Below are positions 9,507-19,653 of a DNA stretch of 64,000 bases, in pieces. Made by a program: the position numbers and the translations under genes. Every line of letters starts with the position of its first letter. The stretch's first letter is position 1. Source of the stretch: Candidatus Heimdallarchaeum endolithica (GTDB taxonomy: Archaea > Asgardarchaeota > Heimdallarchaeia > Heimdallarchaeales > Heimdallarchaeaceae); NCBI GenBank assembly GCA_021513715.1, contig CP084167.1:2688001-2752000 (forward strand), read 5' to 3'. Under the pieces are notes generated by a model. The model saw nothing but the letters and a program-made list of their open reading frames with translations, was not told where the DNA came from and did no database searches.

Positions 9507-10799
9507 GTGATAAAAATAGAATTCAACGAATTACCATTGACACATGAAACCTCATTAGCAATAGAAAAAATGGGTTTCACAACATTAACAGATATTCAAG
9601 AACAAGCTATTCCTCTGATACTTGAAAGAGATGATACACATGTTTTAGCTCAAGCAAAAACAGGAACTGGAAAAACACTTTCTTTTGCAATTCCTTTGGT
9701 AGAAAAACTTTACCCAAAGAAAAAAATTGTTCAAGCAGTAATAATTGTTCCAACAAGAGAGCTATGTAAGCAAGTTCACTCAGTTATAAGAGATGTATCA
9801 AGATATAGACGCTTTAAAACAGTGGAAGTCTATGGAGGAGTATCTATAAATAGACAAATAGAAAAAATAGAATCTGGAGCTCAAATTGTTATAGCTACAC
9901 CAGGAAGATTAATAGATCTTTATTACAGAGAAGCAATAAATCTAGACAATGTAAGGTTTGCTGTTTTGGATGAAGCAGATAAAATGCTAGATATGGGTTT
10001 TTTCCCAGATATAGAGTTTATCTTGTTTGAAGCAATGAAGAATGCTAGACCGCATTTGATGCTGTTTTCAGCAACAATTATTGATACTATAAGAGAAATC
10101 GCTTTTGATTTCACTATCGGTCAAAAACTATTAGAAATTGACGTATCTCATGACTCATTAACAGTTGAAAGTTGTGAGCAGTATTACTATAAAGTAAATG
10201 ATCAAAGACACAAATATTCTACATTCAAACAGATTCTAAAAAAAGAGAACCCTAAATTTAGTATAATCTTTGTAAATACTAAAAGAATGGCAAATATATT
10301 AACAAAAAGACTCAGAAGTGAGAGAGATTTATCTTTAAGAGTAGATATGCTACATGGGGATATGACCCAAAAACAAAGAGAAATTGTTACTAATCGTTTT
10401 AGAAAAAAACAATTAAATTGTTTGATTGCAACAAATGTGGCAGCAAGAGGATTAGATTTCCCCCACATTACTCATATATTCAATTATGATATACCTGACA
10501 CAGTAGAAAGCTATGTTCATAGAGTAGGAAGAACATCAAGGATGGGGTCGTCAGGAACAGCTATTTCTTTAGTAGTTGATGATGGTAAACAATTAAGTCA
10601 GTTATATGCAATTGAGCAATTTATCGATTTAGAAATAAAAAGAAAGCATATAAAATTTTCAAAAACAGAAAATTCGGGTTCTGAAAATAAAGGAAAAAGG
10701 TATAATAATAATTCCAGTAATAGACAAAAGAATAAAGGATCTAAAAAATCTAAATCTCCCTACTATAAGAAAGTCTATTCACAAATTGAACGAAACTAA
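9507..10799 (+). CDS. DEAD-box RNA helicase (CshA/DeaD-like)
   Basis: Q-motif, AKTGTGKT, PTREL, TPGR, DEAD, SAT, ARGLD, HRVGRTSR, basic tail. Confidence 0.95.
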   Translation: MIKIEFNELPLTHETSLAIEKMGFTTLTDIQEQAIPLILERDDTHVLAQAKTGTGKTLSFAIPLVEKLYPKKKIVQAVIIVPTRELCKQVHSVIRDVSRYRRFKTVEVYGGVSINRQIEKIESGAQIVIATPGRLIDLYYREAINLDNVRFAVLDEADKMLDMGFFPDIEFILFEAMKNARPHLMLFSATIIDTIREIAFDFTIGQKLLEIDVSHDSLTVESCEQYYYKVNDQRHKYSTFKQILKKENPKFSIIFVNTKRMANILTKRLRSERDLSLRVDMLHGDMTQKQREIVTNRFRKKQLNCLIATNVAARGLDFPHITHIFNYDIPDTVESYVHRVGRTSRMGSSGTAISLVVDDGKQLSQLYAIEQFIDLEIKRKHIKFSKTENSGSENKGKRYNNNSSNRQKNKGSKKSKSPYYKKVYSQIERN

Positions 10800-10849
10800 T
10801 ATTCTACTTTTTCTATTATTTTTTTTAATTTATGTCTTCTAAAAAAACA

Positions 10850-11677
10850 TTAATAATTTTCTTTTTTCAATTGAGTTGATAAAGTTGTTAAATCTCTCTT
10901 GAATTTTTGGTATTTTTTTTCTTTTTTTTCTTCATCGGACACAAGAGAAAGGATTTTTTGTAGATTCATTCTGTGTATCTTTTTCTCAGAATAAGTAAAT
11001 TTGAAGATATCTACATCTCCTAGTTTTAAGGAATATAAATAATCAAGATTACTCTTTACTAAACTCTTATCTTTTAGTACTTTATCGTGACCTGTAATAA
11101 TCAACTTACAGTCAAAAGAGAGATATTTTTCTAATGTATTAATATAAGTTTCAATGTCTAGATTGTTAATATAAGGGAAAGGTTCTTCAACATTGTCTCC
11201 AACAAATAAAATCTTATCTTGAGCATCAAAACATGAAGCTGATTCTATTGTGTGTCCTGGGCTACTAAAAAAAATTATTTGGTCTTCTGGGAAAAATAAT
11301 TTTGAATGAAATAGAAGATTTGGTTTAACTAATGAAACTTTTCCTTTCTGGTAGTTTTTATATTTAACTAATTCATCTTGTGCTTTTTTCCTAAATACGT
11401 GTTCAAAATTTTCCTGAGCAATTATGATTTTGTTAGAAAAAAAGCAGTTTCCCCAGATATGGTCATAATCTGCGTGAGAATTAAAAATAATAATATTTGT
11501 AGGAAGAAACTTTTTTTGTTCTTTTAAGTACTTAATAACGCTCTTCATGGATTCTGGACCCAAAAAAGTATCACAAATGAATGTATGTTTTTCTCCTATA
11601 ATAGCAAAAACATTTGTTTTATATGGTTCAAAAAAGGTGAATAAAATTCCCCTTTTCCCTATTTGTTGAATTTCCAT
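10850..11677 (-). CDS. Metallo-beta-lactamase fold hydrolase
   Basis: SHADYDH, PGHT, VGD, TGH motifs. Confidence 0.88.
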   Translation of the reverse strand: MEIQQIGKRGILFTFFEPYKTNVFAIIGEKHTFICDTFLGPESMKSVIKYLKEQKKFLPTNIIIFNSHADYDHIWGNCFFSNKIIIAQENFEHVFRKKAQDELVKYKNYQKGKVSLVKPNLLFHSKLFFPEDQIIFFSSPGHTIESASCFDAQDKILFVGDNVEEPFPYINNLDIETYINTLEKYLSFDCKLIITGHDKVLKDKSLVKSNLDYLYSLKLGDVDIFKFTYSEKKIHRMNLQKILSLVSDEEKKEKKYQKFKRDLTTLSTQLKKENY

Positions 11678-11890
11678 TATTTTTAATACAAATTATCACT
11701 CTCTTTAATTTTTTTCTTTTTTGAATCAAAGAGAAAATATCATCAAAGAAATATTAGGAGGTGTATTATAGATTTTATTTTACTTTTTTTTGATTTATTT
11801 ACGTTTACTGTTGGTTTCAAATGTGTTATATGAAATTTTGCATAAACAAAAATAGTTATAAGATATTCTGTGATATCGCCTATGACATAA

Positions 11891-12187
11891 ATGATAGAAC
11901 GAATGCGCTTTTATGCCCAAGCATTAATATCTGCTTTAGAAAATAATCAGACTCCTACAATTTGTTTAAATGAATTTGTTAGTTCAGTAAGAGATGCATG
12001 GATAAAGTTTGAACAAGGCCAAATAACTGTTGAAATAAGTCAACTTCCAAGAGCTATGTACATGTTTGTTGTGGAAGAGTTACCACAAGTGGTTGAAAAT
12101 CCTTTAGAAAAAGAAAAAATAATTAGAGAGTTAAAACTCTTTTTGAATACTATTGATCTTATCCTCCAGCCTAAAGAAACTAATTAA
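11891..12187 (+). CDS. Hypothetical protein
   Basis: 98 aa ORF with ATG start, plausible composition and an upstream TATA-like TTATAA. Confidence 0.65.
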   Translation: MIERMRFYAQALISALENNQTPTICLNEFVSSVRDAWIKFEQGQITVEISQLPRAMYMFVVEELPQVVENPLEKEKIIRELKLFLNTIDLILQPKETN

Positions 12188-12322
12188 GGTATTTTCAACG
12201 ATTTTCGCTAAATTTTTAGAATCTTTATTTTCGTTTTTAAAAAATAAAAAAAATGATTGTTATTTTCTTAAAACTATGTTTTAAGTTAATTCTTATTCGA
12301 TAATAAAAAAGATTATTAGTTA

Positions 12323-12490
12323 TTAATAACGATTATATCTTCTATTATTTTGTCTATGTTTTCTATAACAATCTTGACAATAGACGGGTCTTTCACCATC
12401 TGGTTTGAAAGGTACCTGTGCTTTTTTTCCACAGTCATCGCAAACGATGTCAAACATTTCACGATTGTCTATATAATTTTCTCTACTCAA
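12323..12490 (-). CDS. Small CxxC-x17-CxxC zinc-ribbon protein (not in ORF track)
   Basis: Hand translation: MSRENYIDNREMFDIVCDDCGKKAQVPFKPDGERPVYCQDCYRKHRQNNRRYNRY. TTG start with a GGTGA RBS. Confidence 0.9.
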   Translation of the reverse strand: MSRENYIDNREMFDIVCDDCGKKAQVPFKPDGERPVYCQDCYRKHRQNNRRYNRY

Positions 12491-12970
12491 TATATTTCAC
12501 CGATTATTGATTAGTTATACTTGAAAGCTCACTAGGATTCAAAAAATAGTTGAAACTTATTTAATGGATTCTAAAATTGAACTACAAATATACTAAGTAA
12601 ATGAAATATATCGAGTATTTAAATTCTAGGTTTGAACTCAAGAAATAATTGTTAGATTTTAAATTATTAATTAAGTTAGATTTCAATTTAAAAATACTCA
12701 CACTATTGGTGCTAGCTGTTTATTCTTTTGCTTTGGAACTTCATAAATTTGGATTTTTTGATTTTTCAAATAGCTGTAAGTTTTCATAAAAAAATAGAAT
12801 TTGGTTCTGTTATTGTTCTTGAACAGCTGAATAATTATTCTAAATTTCTCGTGTTTTTTGTGAAAAAAACAAATATTATAAAAAAACAACTTTTTCTACA
12901 ATTTTCTTTTTTTTTCAAAATCTATTTAAGTGAAAATACCTTCTTTCTTTTAGTACCATCGGTGAGTATA

Positions 12971-13215
12971 GTGGATAATCCTGATTCTTCAATTATAATT
13001 GATAAGATTAAAGAAGAAATAAATAATTACGAATCTTCGAGAGCTAGAGGAAAAAAACTTGTTTTTGAGAAATCTACTTCTGAGCTTTTAAATGGTTTAG
13101 AACAGTTTCTAGATGATTTTTTGACAAATATTCTAAAACAGAAGAAGTAGAAGAAATTGACAAATTTGTTGAACACCTCTATTCTTCATTAGGGTGGAAA
13201 AGAAATGATTACTAA
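12971..13215 (+). CDS. Small helical protein overlapping the Rad50-like start (possible Mre11 C-terminal Rad50-binding remnant); 1-nt frameshift
   Basis: GTG start after GGTGA. Adding one T to the T6 run at 13117-13122 extends ...LEQFLDDFF into DKYSKTEEVEEIDKFVEHLYSSLGWKRNDY*, which overlaps ATG 13205. Confidence 0.5.
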
Positions 13216-15031
13216 TGTAAGTGTAAAAAATTGGAAAAAATTTGATCAGCAAAAGGAATGGTCTTTTGATAAAGGAATCCAGCTTATTTATGGGCCAAAT
13301 ACAAGTGGAAAATCTTCACTTCTTGAAGCTATTTATTTTGCCTTTTTCGGAGTAGATGAGAAAGTTGATGGAAATCCAACTTATAATTCAAATGAGGCTG
13401 CTATCGTGACAGTAGATTTCATTTCAAATACTGGTGAAAAATATAGAATAATCAGAAGTTATAAAAAAATAAAAAGAAAAGAAGAATCTTTTACACTTTA
13501 CAAATTGGTAGATGGAAATGAAGAATTTTTCTCTGATAATCCTCAAGATGCGATAAAAATATATGGAAACTTTGAAGATATCTTTACACATATAATTTTC
13601 CTGAAAGAGGGCGAAATATATCGAGCTCTATCAAGAATGAAAAGCAATTTAGATGAAGAATTAGCATATTTGTTAAACTTGCAACGATTTGATGTTCTTC
13701 GTGATAAATTAAGAGAAACAAGACTTAAAGTTATTAAAAAAGAAAAAGAAAATGTAAAAAAAGACCCGACTTTTCTATCTGAAAAAGAAATAAATGAACT
13801 TAACGATAAATTGAATGATTTAAATGAAGTTAAAAAGAAGCTAGAAGAAGAAAAATCGAAGTTTATAGACAATAGGCAAACAGCGCAGAAAAAATATTCA
13901 TTAACTAAAAAACTGAGAGATCTTGATTCTCAAAAACAAAAATATGGTGAAACAATAAAGACTATTAGAAACAAGTATGAAAATAAAGAATCTTTAATTG
14001 AGTTTTTGGATAATGAGATTGAATCATTAGAAAATAAATATAGACAGCTAGAACTAGAGTATAGTAAACTAAGTAGTGAAAAGGCAGAAAAAGAAGGAGA
14101 AAAGAGAAGACTAAATAAGCTTATTATTGAAATCAAGTCTTTTAAGTCCTCTGGAACTACTACATGTCCTACTTGTTATCAAAAAGTTGACCCCTTAATT
14201 CTTCAAGAAGCTATGGAAAGTTTTAGCAAGAAAGTTACAAAGTTAGAAAATGCTTTGTCCCAACTTAATTATTCTATTGATACGGTTAATGAAGAAAAAA
14301 GAAATATCTCTCAAAAAATAAAGGAAATTAAAGAAGACTTATTTGAGCTCAAAAATGCAAAAGCAAGAATAAGTGATGTCCAAGAAGAAATGAATGAAAT
14401 AAGTGAAAATCTTAACTCTCTCCCCCATACTGAGGATATTCAATATTATTCAAAACAAATACAAGAACTAGAACAAAAAATAAGTGAAACTAATGTAGAA
14501 ATAGGAACAATAGAGAAAAAATTAAGTTCAAGTAAGCAAGAAGGGGTTTTTATTGATGAACTAGAGTTTCAGGAAAAATTCATAGAACTTGTTGAAAATA
14601 AAATAGCAGAGTATAAAGATGAGTTGTTAGAAAGAAAATTGGATGAAATTAAAAGTGTGATAAAAGAAAAATGGTCAGAAATATGGGATAAAGAAATATG
14701 GTCTATTGAATTTGACGAAAATTTAATTCCTACAATTAGCTTTAAGTTTAAAGGAACAACTATTCAACAGAATTTACGCAGTTTTTCAGCAAGCGAAAAA
14801 ATACTCCTGAGTGTCATTTTACGAGCTGCACTAATTGATAAATTCTTAAGCGTGAAAACGATGATTCTTGATGATCCCTCAATCTTTCTTGATCAAGAGA
14901 GTGTTAAAATTGCTGCTAGATTCTACCGTGAACTAATAGATAAAAAAAGTGTTGAACAGATAATTATGACTACATTTGATGAATCATTCAAAGAGTTGTT
15001 AAAACCCGAAAAAGTGATAAATCTTGAATGA
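13205..15031 (+). CDS. Short Rad50/SbcC-like ATPase with zinc hook
   Basis: GPNTSGKSS Walker A, coiled coils with central CPTC, variant signature FSASEK, Walker B ILDDP. Confidence 0.88.
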   Translation: MITNVSVKNWKKFDQQKEWSFDKGIQLIYGPNTSGKSSLLEAIYFAFFGVDEKVDGNPTYNSNEAAIVTVDFISNTGEKYRIIRSYKKIKRKEESFTLYKLVDGNEEFFSDNPQDAIKIYGNFEDIFTHIIFLKEGEIYRALSRMKSNLDEELAYLLNLQRFDVLRDKLRETRLKVIKKEKENVKKDPTFLSEKEINELNDKLNDLNEVKKKLEEEKSKFIDNRQTAQKKYSLTKKLRDLDSQKQKYGETIKTIRNKYENKESLIEFLDNEIESLENKYRQLELEYSKLSSEKAEKEGEKRRLNKLIIEIKSFKSSGTTTCPTCYQKVDPLILQEAMESFSKKVTKLENALSQLNYSIDTVNEEKRNISQKIKEIKEDLFELKNAKARISDVQEEMNEISENLNSLPHTEDIQYYSKQIQELEQKISETNVEIGTIEKKLSSSKQEGVFIDELEFQEKFIELVENKIAEYKDELLERKLDEIKSVIKEKWSEIWDKEIWSIEFDENLIPTISFKFKGTTIQQNLRSFSASEKILLSVILRAALIDKFLSVKTMILDDPSIFLDQESVKIAARFYRELIDKKSVEQIIMTTFDESFKELLKPEKVINLE

Positions 15032-16627
15032 AACTAAATTTTTGTTTGTTTTTGATACTTCTTTTTTTTGTCTCTCTTAAATGTTAATCGCCATCAATTG
15101 ATACAAGATATCAAAGAAGTATTTGACTTTGTTCCAAACATTGAATATATTGCTCCAAAAATAATTCTAAAAGAGCTTTCGGGAAAATATAAAGACAAGT
15201 GTCCTTTTCTAGAGCAACATATTCAATTTACAGATGTAAAAATTACAGAAGAAGAGATAAAAGAACTTAAATCATTAAATTACTCTTTAGCGAATCATGC
15301 GTTTGAGAGAGATGAAAAGGGTGATTACCTCATAATTAAATCAGCACAAAAGCATAACAACTCAGAAGTAGTCACATTCATTGTAAGTAATGATGAAGGT
15401 ATTCATTTGTTTCTCAATCAAGCTATTCCAGAAGAGAAAATAAAGCCAATCTGGGTTGCAAGATTTTTATCTTTTTTAGCTAAACAATCTCCAACTAAAC
15501 CTCAAAAACAAAGGTTTATTCGAGCTTCTGAAATGCTAGAAGAGTATATTGAAACTTATCGTATAAAGGCTAAGCGAGGAGAAACACCTTTTTATGATAT
15601 GGAAAAGATACTCATGTCAGCTAAATTTTTACCAGCTGAAGAGCAAGTTGTTCAGTTGCAAGAATCTCTAGAGAATCAAATAATCACAGGAGAAAAAAAT
15701 AAAACTCTTCCTTCATTTATTAATCAAATAGGTTCAAAACTACATCAAATTTTTACATATATTGATTTAGGTGAAACAAATGTTATCGAAGCTCAACTCG
15801 AGTCTGTAGAAAATATAATCAAAAATCTAAATTTCGAGCAACAAGAGACAATTTACAAAATTATTAGTTTTTATATGATTGCTATTCTAAATCGATTAGC
15901 TTCATTATATGACCAAAATGGAGCTTTTTCTGGTATTGTTTCCGCATTGGAAAGAGCAAAATACTATTTGAAATATGTAGAAGAATTTGAGGATAAGAGT
16001 CAACTCTACGCAATTTTAAGTTGGATACATTTATTAAATAATTCAGTTGATTTGTCTCAATATTACTTCTCAAAAGTAACAGATAAGAACTTTGAACTAG
16101 CAAGAAAGTTAATTGCATTATTAGAGCTTTATGGCACTCCACTAGCAAAAATTAATTTAGAATTGTATGAATTACTTCCATCTGAAATTTGGAAGGATCT
16201 CAATGAAACGCTTGCTATATGCCCAAATAAGTTATTACGAGATAAAATAGCTCATATAGTTAATACCTTTGAAATAAAGCCCTCTTTTGTTTTCGATGCA
16301 AGACATTTTAGTCTGAAAAATGTAAGTGTGAAAGAAAACTATTTACTTTCTTTTCTAAAAGAGCAGTTTAGAATACTAAATATAAGAAAAAAAGAGAGTT
16401 CAATAGTGATTGAGTGTTATAACAGTAAAATTGGTCAAATTGAACTCCGTTTACCAGTTATGACAAAAATGCTTAAAGCATCACATGGTGATTTAATTAG
16501 TTTTCAAGGTGGAATAGTAGCAAAAATCAACAAACCTGGCCCAGGAAAAAAACATTCTGCAACAATATATTTCAGTAAATTAGAAGAAAAGGATCATAGT
16601 GTCTCAAAGGATAGTAAGTTAATTTAA
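15024..16627 (+). CDS. PIN-like domain + helical repeat protein; 1-nt frameshift near 5' end
   Basis: TTG 15024 gives MNETKFLFVFDTSFF. One extra T in the T8 run (15062-15069) joins it to the 15068 ORF. Motifs FDTS, GDY.II, VSNDEG are shared with the C-terminus of 29875..31644. Confidence 0.7.
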
Positions 16628-16742
16628 TATTTTTCCAATCACTTAATTTATGTAATGCAAAAAAATATCCAGACATAGAAAACAGCACTCGGATTTGCAA
16701 TTATTTAAAGTATGTTTATATAGTCTCTTTAAATGAACACGT

Positions 16743-17093
16743 GTGGACAATATTGTAACTGGGCTGTATGTTGGTAAAAAAGACCCCGTTTTTACTGAAA
16801 CAAGTTCCTTTCAACCTAAAAATGTTGTAATCATTAGAGTAAAAATAGTTGATTCTAGTGGAAATGCTGTTGAAGGTGCATCAGTAACCATAACAATTAC
16901 TAACCCTAATGGAGATATAGTGACTCTAACCTCAACAACTGACAATCAAGGAATAGCAGAGTTTTCTTATAGGTTAAATCCAAAAACTCCACTAGGAATT
17001 TACACTATTAATGTGACAGATGTGAGTCTAACTGGGTATACTTATGATCCAAATGCTAATGTAGTTTCAACACTTGATTTTAATGTAAATTAA
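16743..17093 (+). CDS. Stand-alone Ig-like/MG2-type beta-sandwich domain, probably a remnant of a larger surface protein
   Basis: VKIVDSSGNAVEGASVTITITNPNG...TTD.QG.A pattern; no signal peptide. Confidence 0.6.
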   Translation: MDNIVTGLYVGKKDPVFTETSSFQPKNVVIIRVKIVDSSGNAVEGASVTITITNPNGDIVTLTSTTDNQGIAEFSYRLNPKTPLGIYTINVTDVSLTGYTYDPNANVVSTLDFNVN

Positions 17094-17812
17094 AATATAC
17101 AACCCTTTATTTTTTTCTTTCTTTTTAAAATGATAGAGCAAAATATTTAGATTACAAAATTAAAGAAATTTTATGGTTTCAATTACATTTTATGGTGCAA
17201 TCAATGAAATAGGAGGAAATAAAATACTTCTAGAAGGAGAAGAAACTAGAGTTTTTTTGGATTTTGGCTTGTGTTTTAATCGATATGGTAATTATTTTTC
17301 TCCTTATATTACTCCGCGTCAAGGACTAAAATTAAAGGATTTTATTGAGTTGAGCCTTTTACCTGATCTCGAGGGTTTATATTGACAAGATTTTGAACAG
17401 CGCTTTCGAGAGAGTGCTAAAGAGCCATTGTTCGATGGAATCGTTCTCTCACATTCACACATTGATCATGCAGGATTTATTCCATTTATACGTTCTGATA
17501 TACCTTTCTATGCTTCTGAAGGTTCATTGGCTATATTGAAGGCAATGGAACAAACTAGTTACGGATTCTACGAATTTTTAGAACTTAAAGAGAAATTCAA
17601 AATAAGAGAAAGTAAAAGAGAGAAAGGTAAATATATACGAGATAGAGATTCAAGTATTCGAAGAGAAATAGTTTCTTTAAAATCAGATTTTAAAATAGGT
17701 GAGTTTAGTTTTCATTTCTTCCCCATAGACCATTCAATTGTTGGAGCAACGGCTTATGTTATTGAAACTCAAGAAGGCTCAATAGTTTATACTGGAGATA
17801 TACGTTTTCATG

Positions 17813-19653
17813 ATTTACTTTTTGTGAAGTTTGTCGAACTTAGTCTTTCAAGAAAAAAACAAAGATAGATAATTGTTAGTTTCTTGAGAACTTAATCCTA
17901 ACATACAATGAAAGAAGAAGGATTAAGACAGACGTCATACACGAATCGGGGGAATCATAAAGAAGAAAAGAACTTTTTCTTTCTTTTCTTCACTCCACGA
18001 GAGACAAAAAAGAAAAAACTAAACCCTTGAATATAAGAGTGAATAATTCTTTTTGTCTACTGGGACTGCAACCAATGGCTGAGTCCTCGGCAAACAGTAT
18101 AATGCGTAAGACTAAACTTTTGACCAGTAAAGTAATCAGTAATAGTTGTAACACGGGGACGAAAAAGATGACTAAGGAATTTACGAGCAATATTTCTAGC
18201 TCCTGTTAAATCAGAGTGGTAAGTATAGTTACAAAAGGGACAGTGTATTAATCCTCTGACGGGACGAGAAACTTCTTTTCCACAACGGGAACAATGAGAA
18301 GATGTTCCTCTTTCGTCTATTATAAGAATACGATGAGGAGCAAAACCTCTTAATATCAATGCTCGACGGAGAAGAGAAAGAACTAAAGAAAAATTCCACT
18401 GGTGAAGTTTTCTACGAAAATAACGAGTACTTTTACCTTTCCCTTTTTCTTTTCCTTTTCTAACATTTTTGGGGTAACCTACGACGACGAAAAGGTCATA
18501 CATTTGAGCATAGGTCCCTATCGTCCGCACAACGTCGTTTATAAATTGGTGAATATAGGACTGTTTAACGTTTCTATATCTCCGACGAAGATATCCAAGA
18601 AAACGATAAATTTGGTGTTTTTTACCCGACTGGTCATTTAAAGCCGCTTTCCTCTGAAGACGGGAAAACTTGAGTTTATATCTGTGATTGATTCTATTCC
18701 ACTGTTTGGTATACCAGAATTTTATCTCTTTGCTTGTTAACTTCTTTTTGGGAGTTAGTAACACTCCTACAGCAGGAATGTTTATCCCTAGATCTATCCC
18801 CAGCACAGCTGGGGGAAGAGAAGAAGAATTATTAACTGAATAAGAAAAAGAAGAAGGAGGAAGAACTTCTAATTGAAAATACACCCACCACTCACTTGTA
18901 GAACGTTTATATCTTAATTCCAGGCTTTTCACTTGTCCTTTTTTCAATTCTTTTTGATGGAAAGTGCTCATCTCTAAAGGTAACCACAATCGTTGATGAT
19001 ACCTTGTTTTTCTTTTCCACGTGTCTAATGAGTCTCTTATTCCTACCCACCAACGAGAAATAGAGTTGTTTTTCTCTTTTGGTAAATTAGTAAGAATAAA
19101 CCTATTCTTATTGATTAGTTGTTTTCGGGGTCTCTTTTTTGGAGGACGAGTGGCTTCAGGTCTATATCCTTGCTCGTACAGTTGTACTGCTATATCTCTA
19201 CACTCTTGAAACTCATCATGAGAACAGTAAGGGAACATCTTTTTAAGGTCATGAGGAACAGTCTCTCTTCGCTCTTCTACTTTTTTTAGCCTTGATGTTG
19301 TCAATGTTAGTTCATCTAGTTTTCCTCTATGTACTCTTATTTCTCCTTTCTTTGTTTTCATACACAGTCTTCTTCTGTTGTGATGTATAATTTTTACATA
19401 TTTTCTATTATCCTTGTGTCTCTCCCTGTTATTCTCCTTAATCTTTCCTTTTTTCTCCTCGTCAAAACTTCATTTTTTATTTTTACTTTCAAAGTTTTGA
19501 CTATCTTCTCCATCTTTTTTCCTCTTCTTTTCCTTTTTTTCTTTTTCTTCTCTTCATTTATTTCTACTATTTTTTCTTATAAAAAGTCTCTTTTTTTTCT
19601 TTTTCATCCATACTCTCTATCCTAATGTTCGCAAAATTACGCAAAAAGTAAAT
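17813..19653 (-). mobile_element. Non-autonomous TnpB-only element with ~30 bp terminal inverted repeats
   Basis: CATG at both junctions (17809-17812, 19654-19657). The IRs ATTTACTTTTTGtgaagtttgtCGAACtTAG and ATTTACTTTTTGcgtaattttgCGAACatTAG share a perfect first 12 bp. Removal restores RFHGRKSD. Confidence 0.9.
18057..19513 (-). CDS. tnpB: TnpB with rearranged RuvC-II glutamate; 1-nt frameshift in the N-terminal part
   Basis: LGIDLG, VVVG(YP), IDERGTSSHCSRCG...CPFC, DLTGARNI. The upstream frame MEKIVKTLKVKI... (ATG 19513) joins the 19361 ORF if one base is added at 19401-19404. Confidence 0.88.

Noticed and set aside
12728-12970. N-terminal extension of the 140-aa ORF
   Set aside because: Low-complexity AT-rich intergenic sequence; an RBS and GTG at 12961-12973 give a better start.
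17383-17385. In-frame TGA as selenocysteine or recoding (also 46213)
   Set aside because: Both lie in genes already broken by mobile elements and at non-Cys-like positions, so nonsense mutation is simpler.
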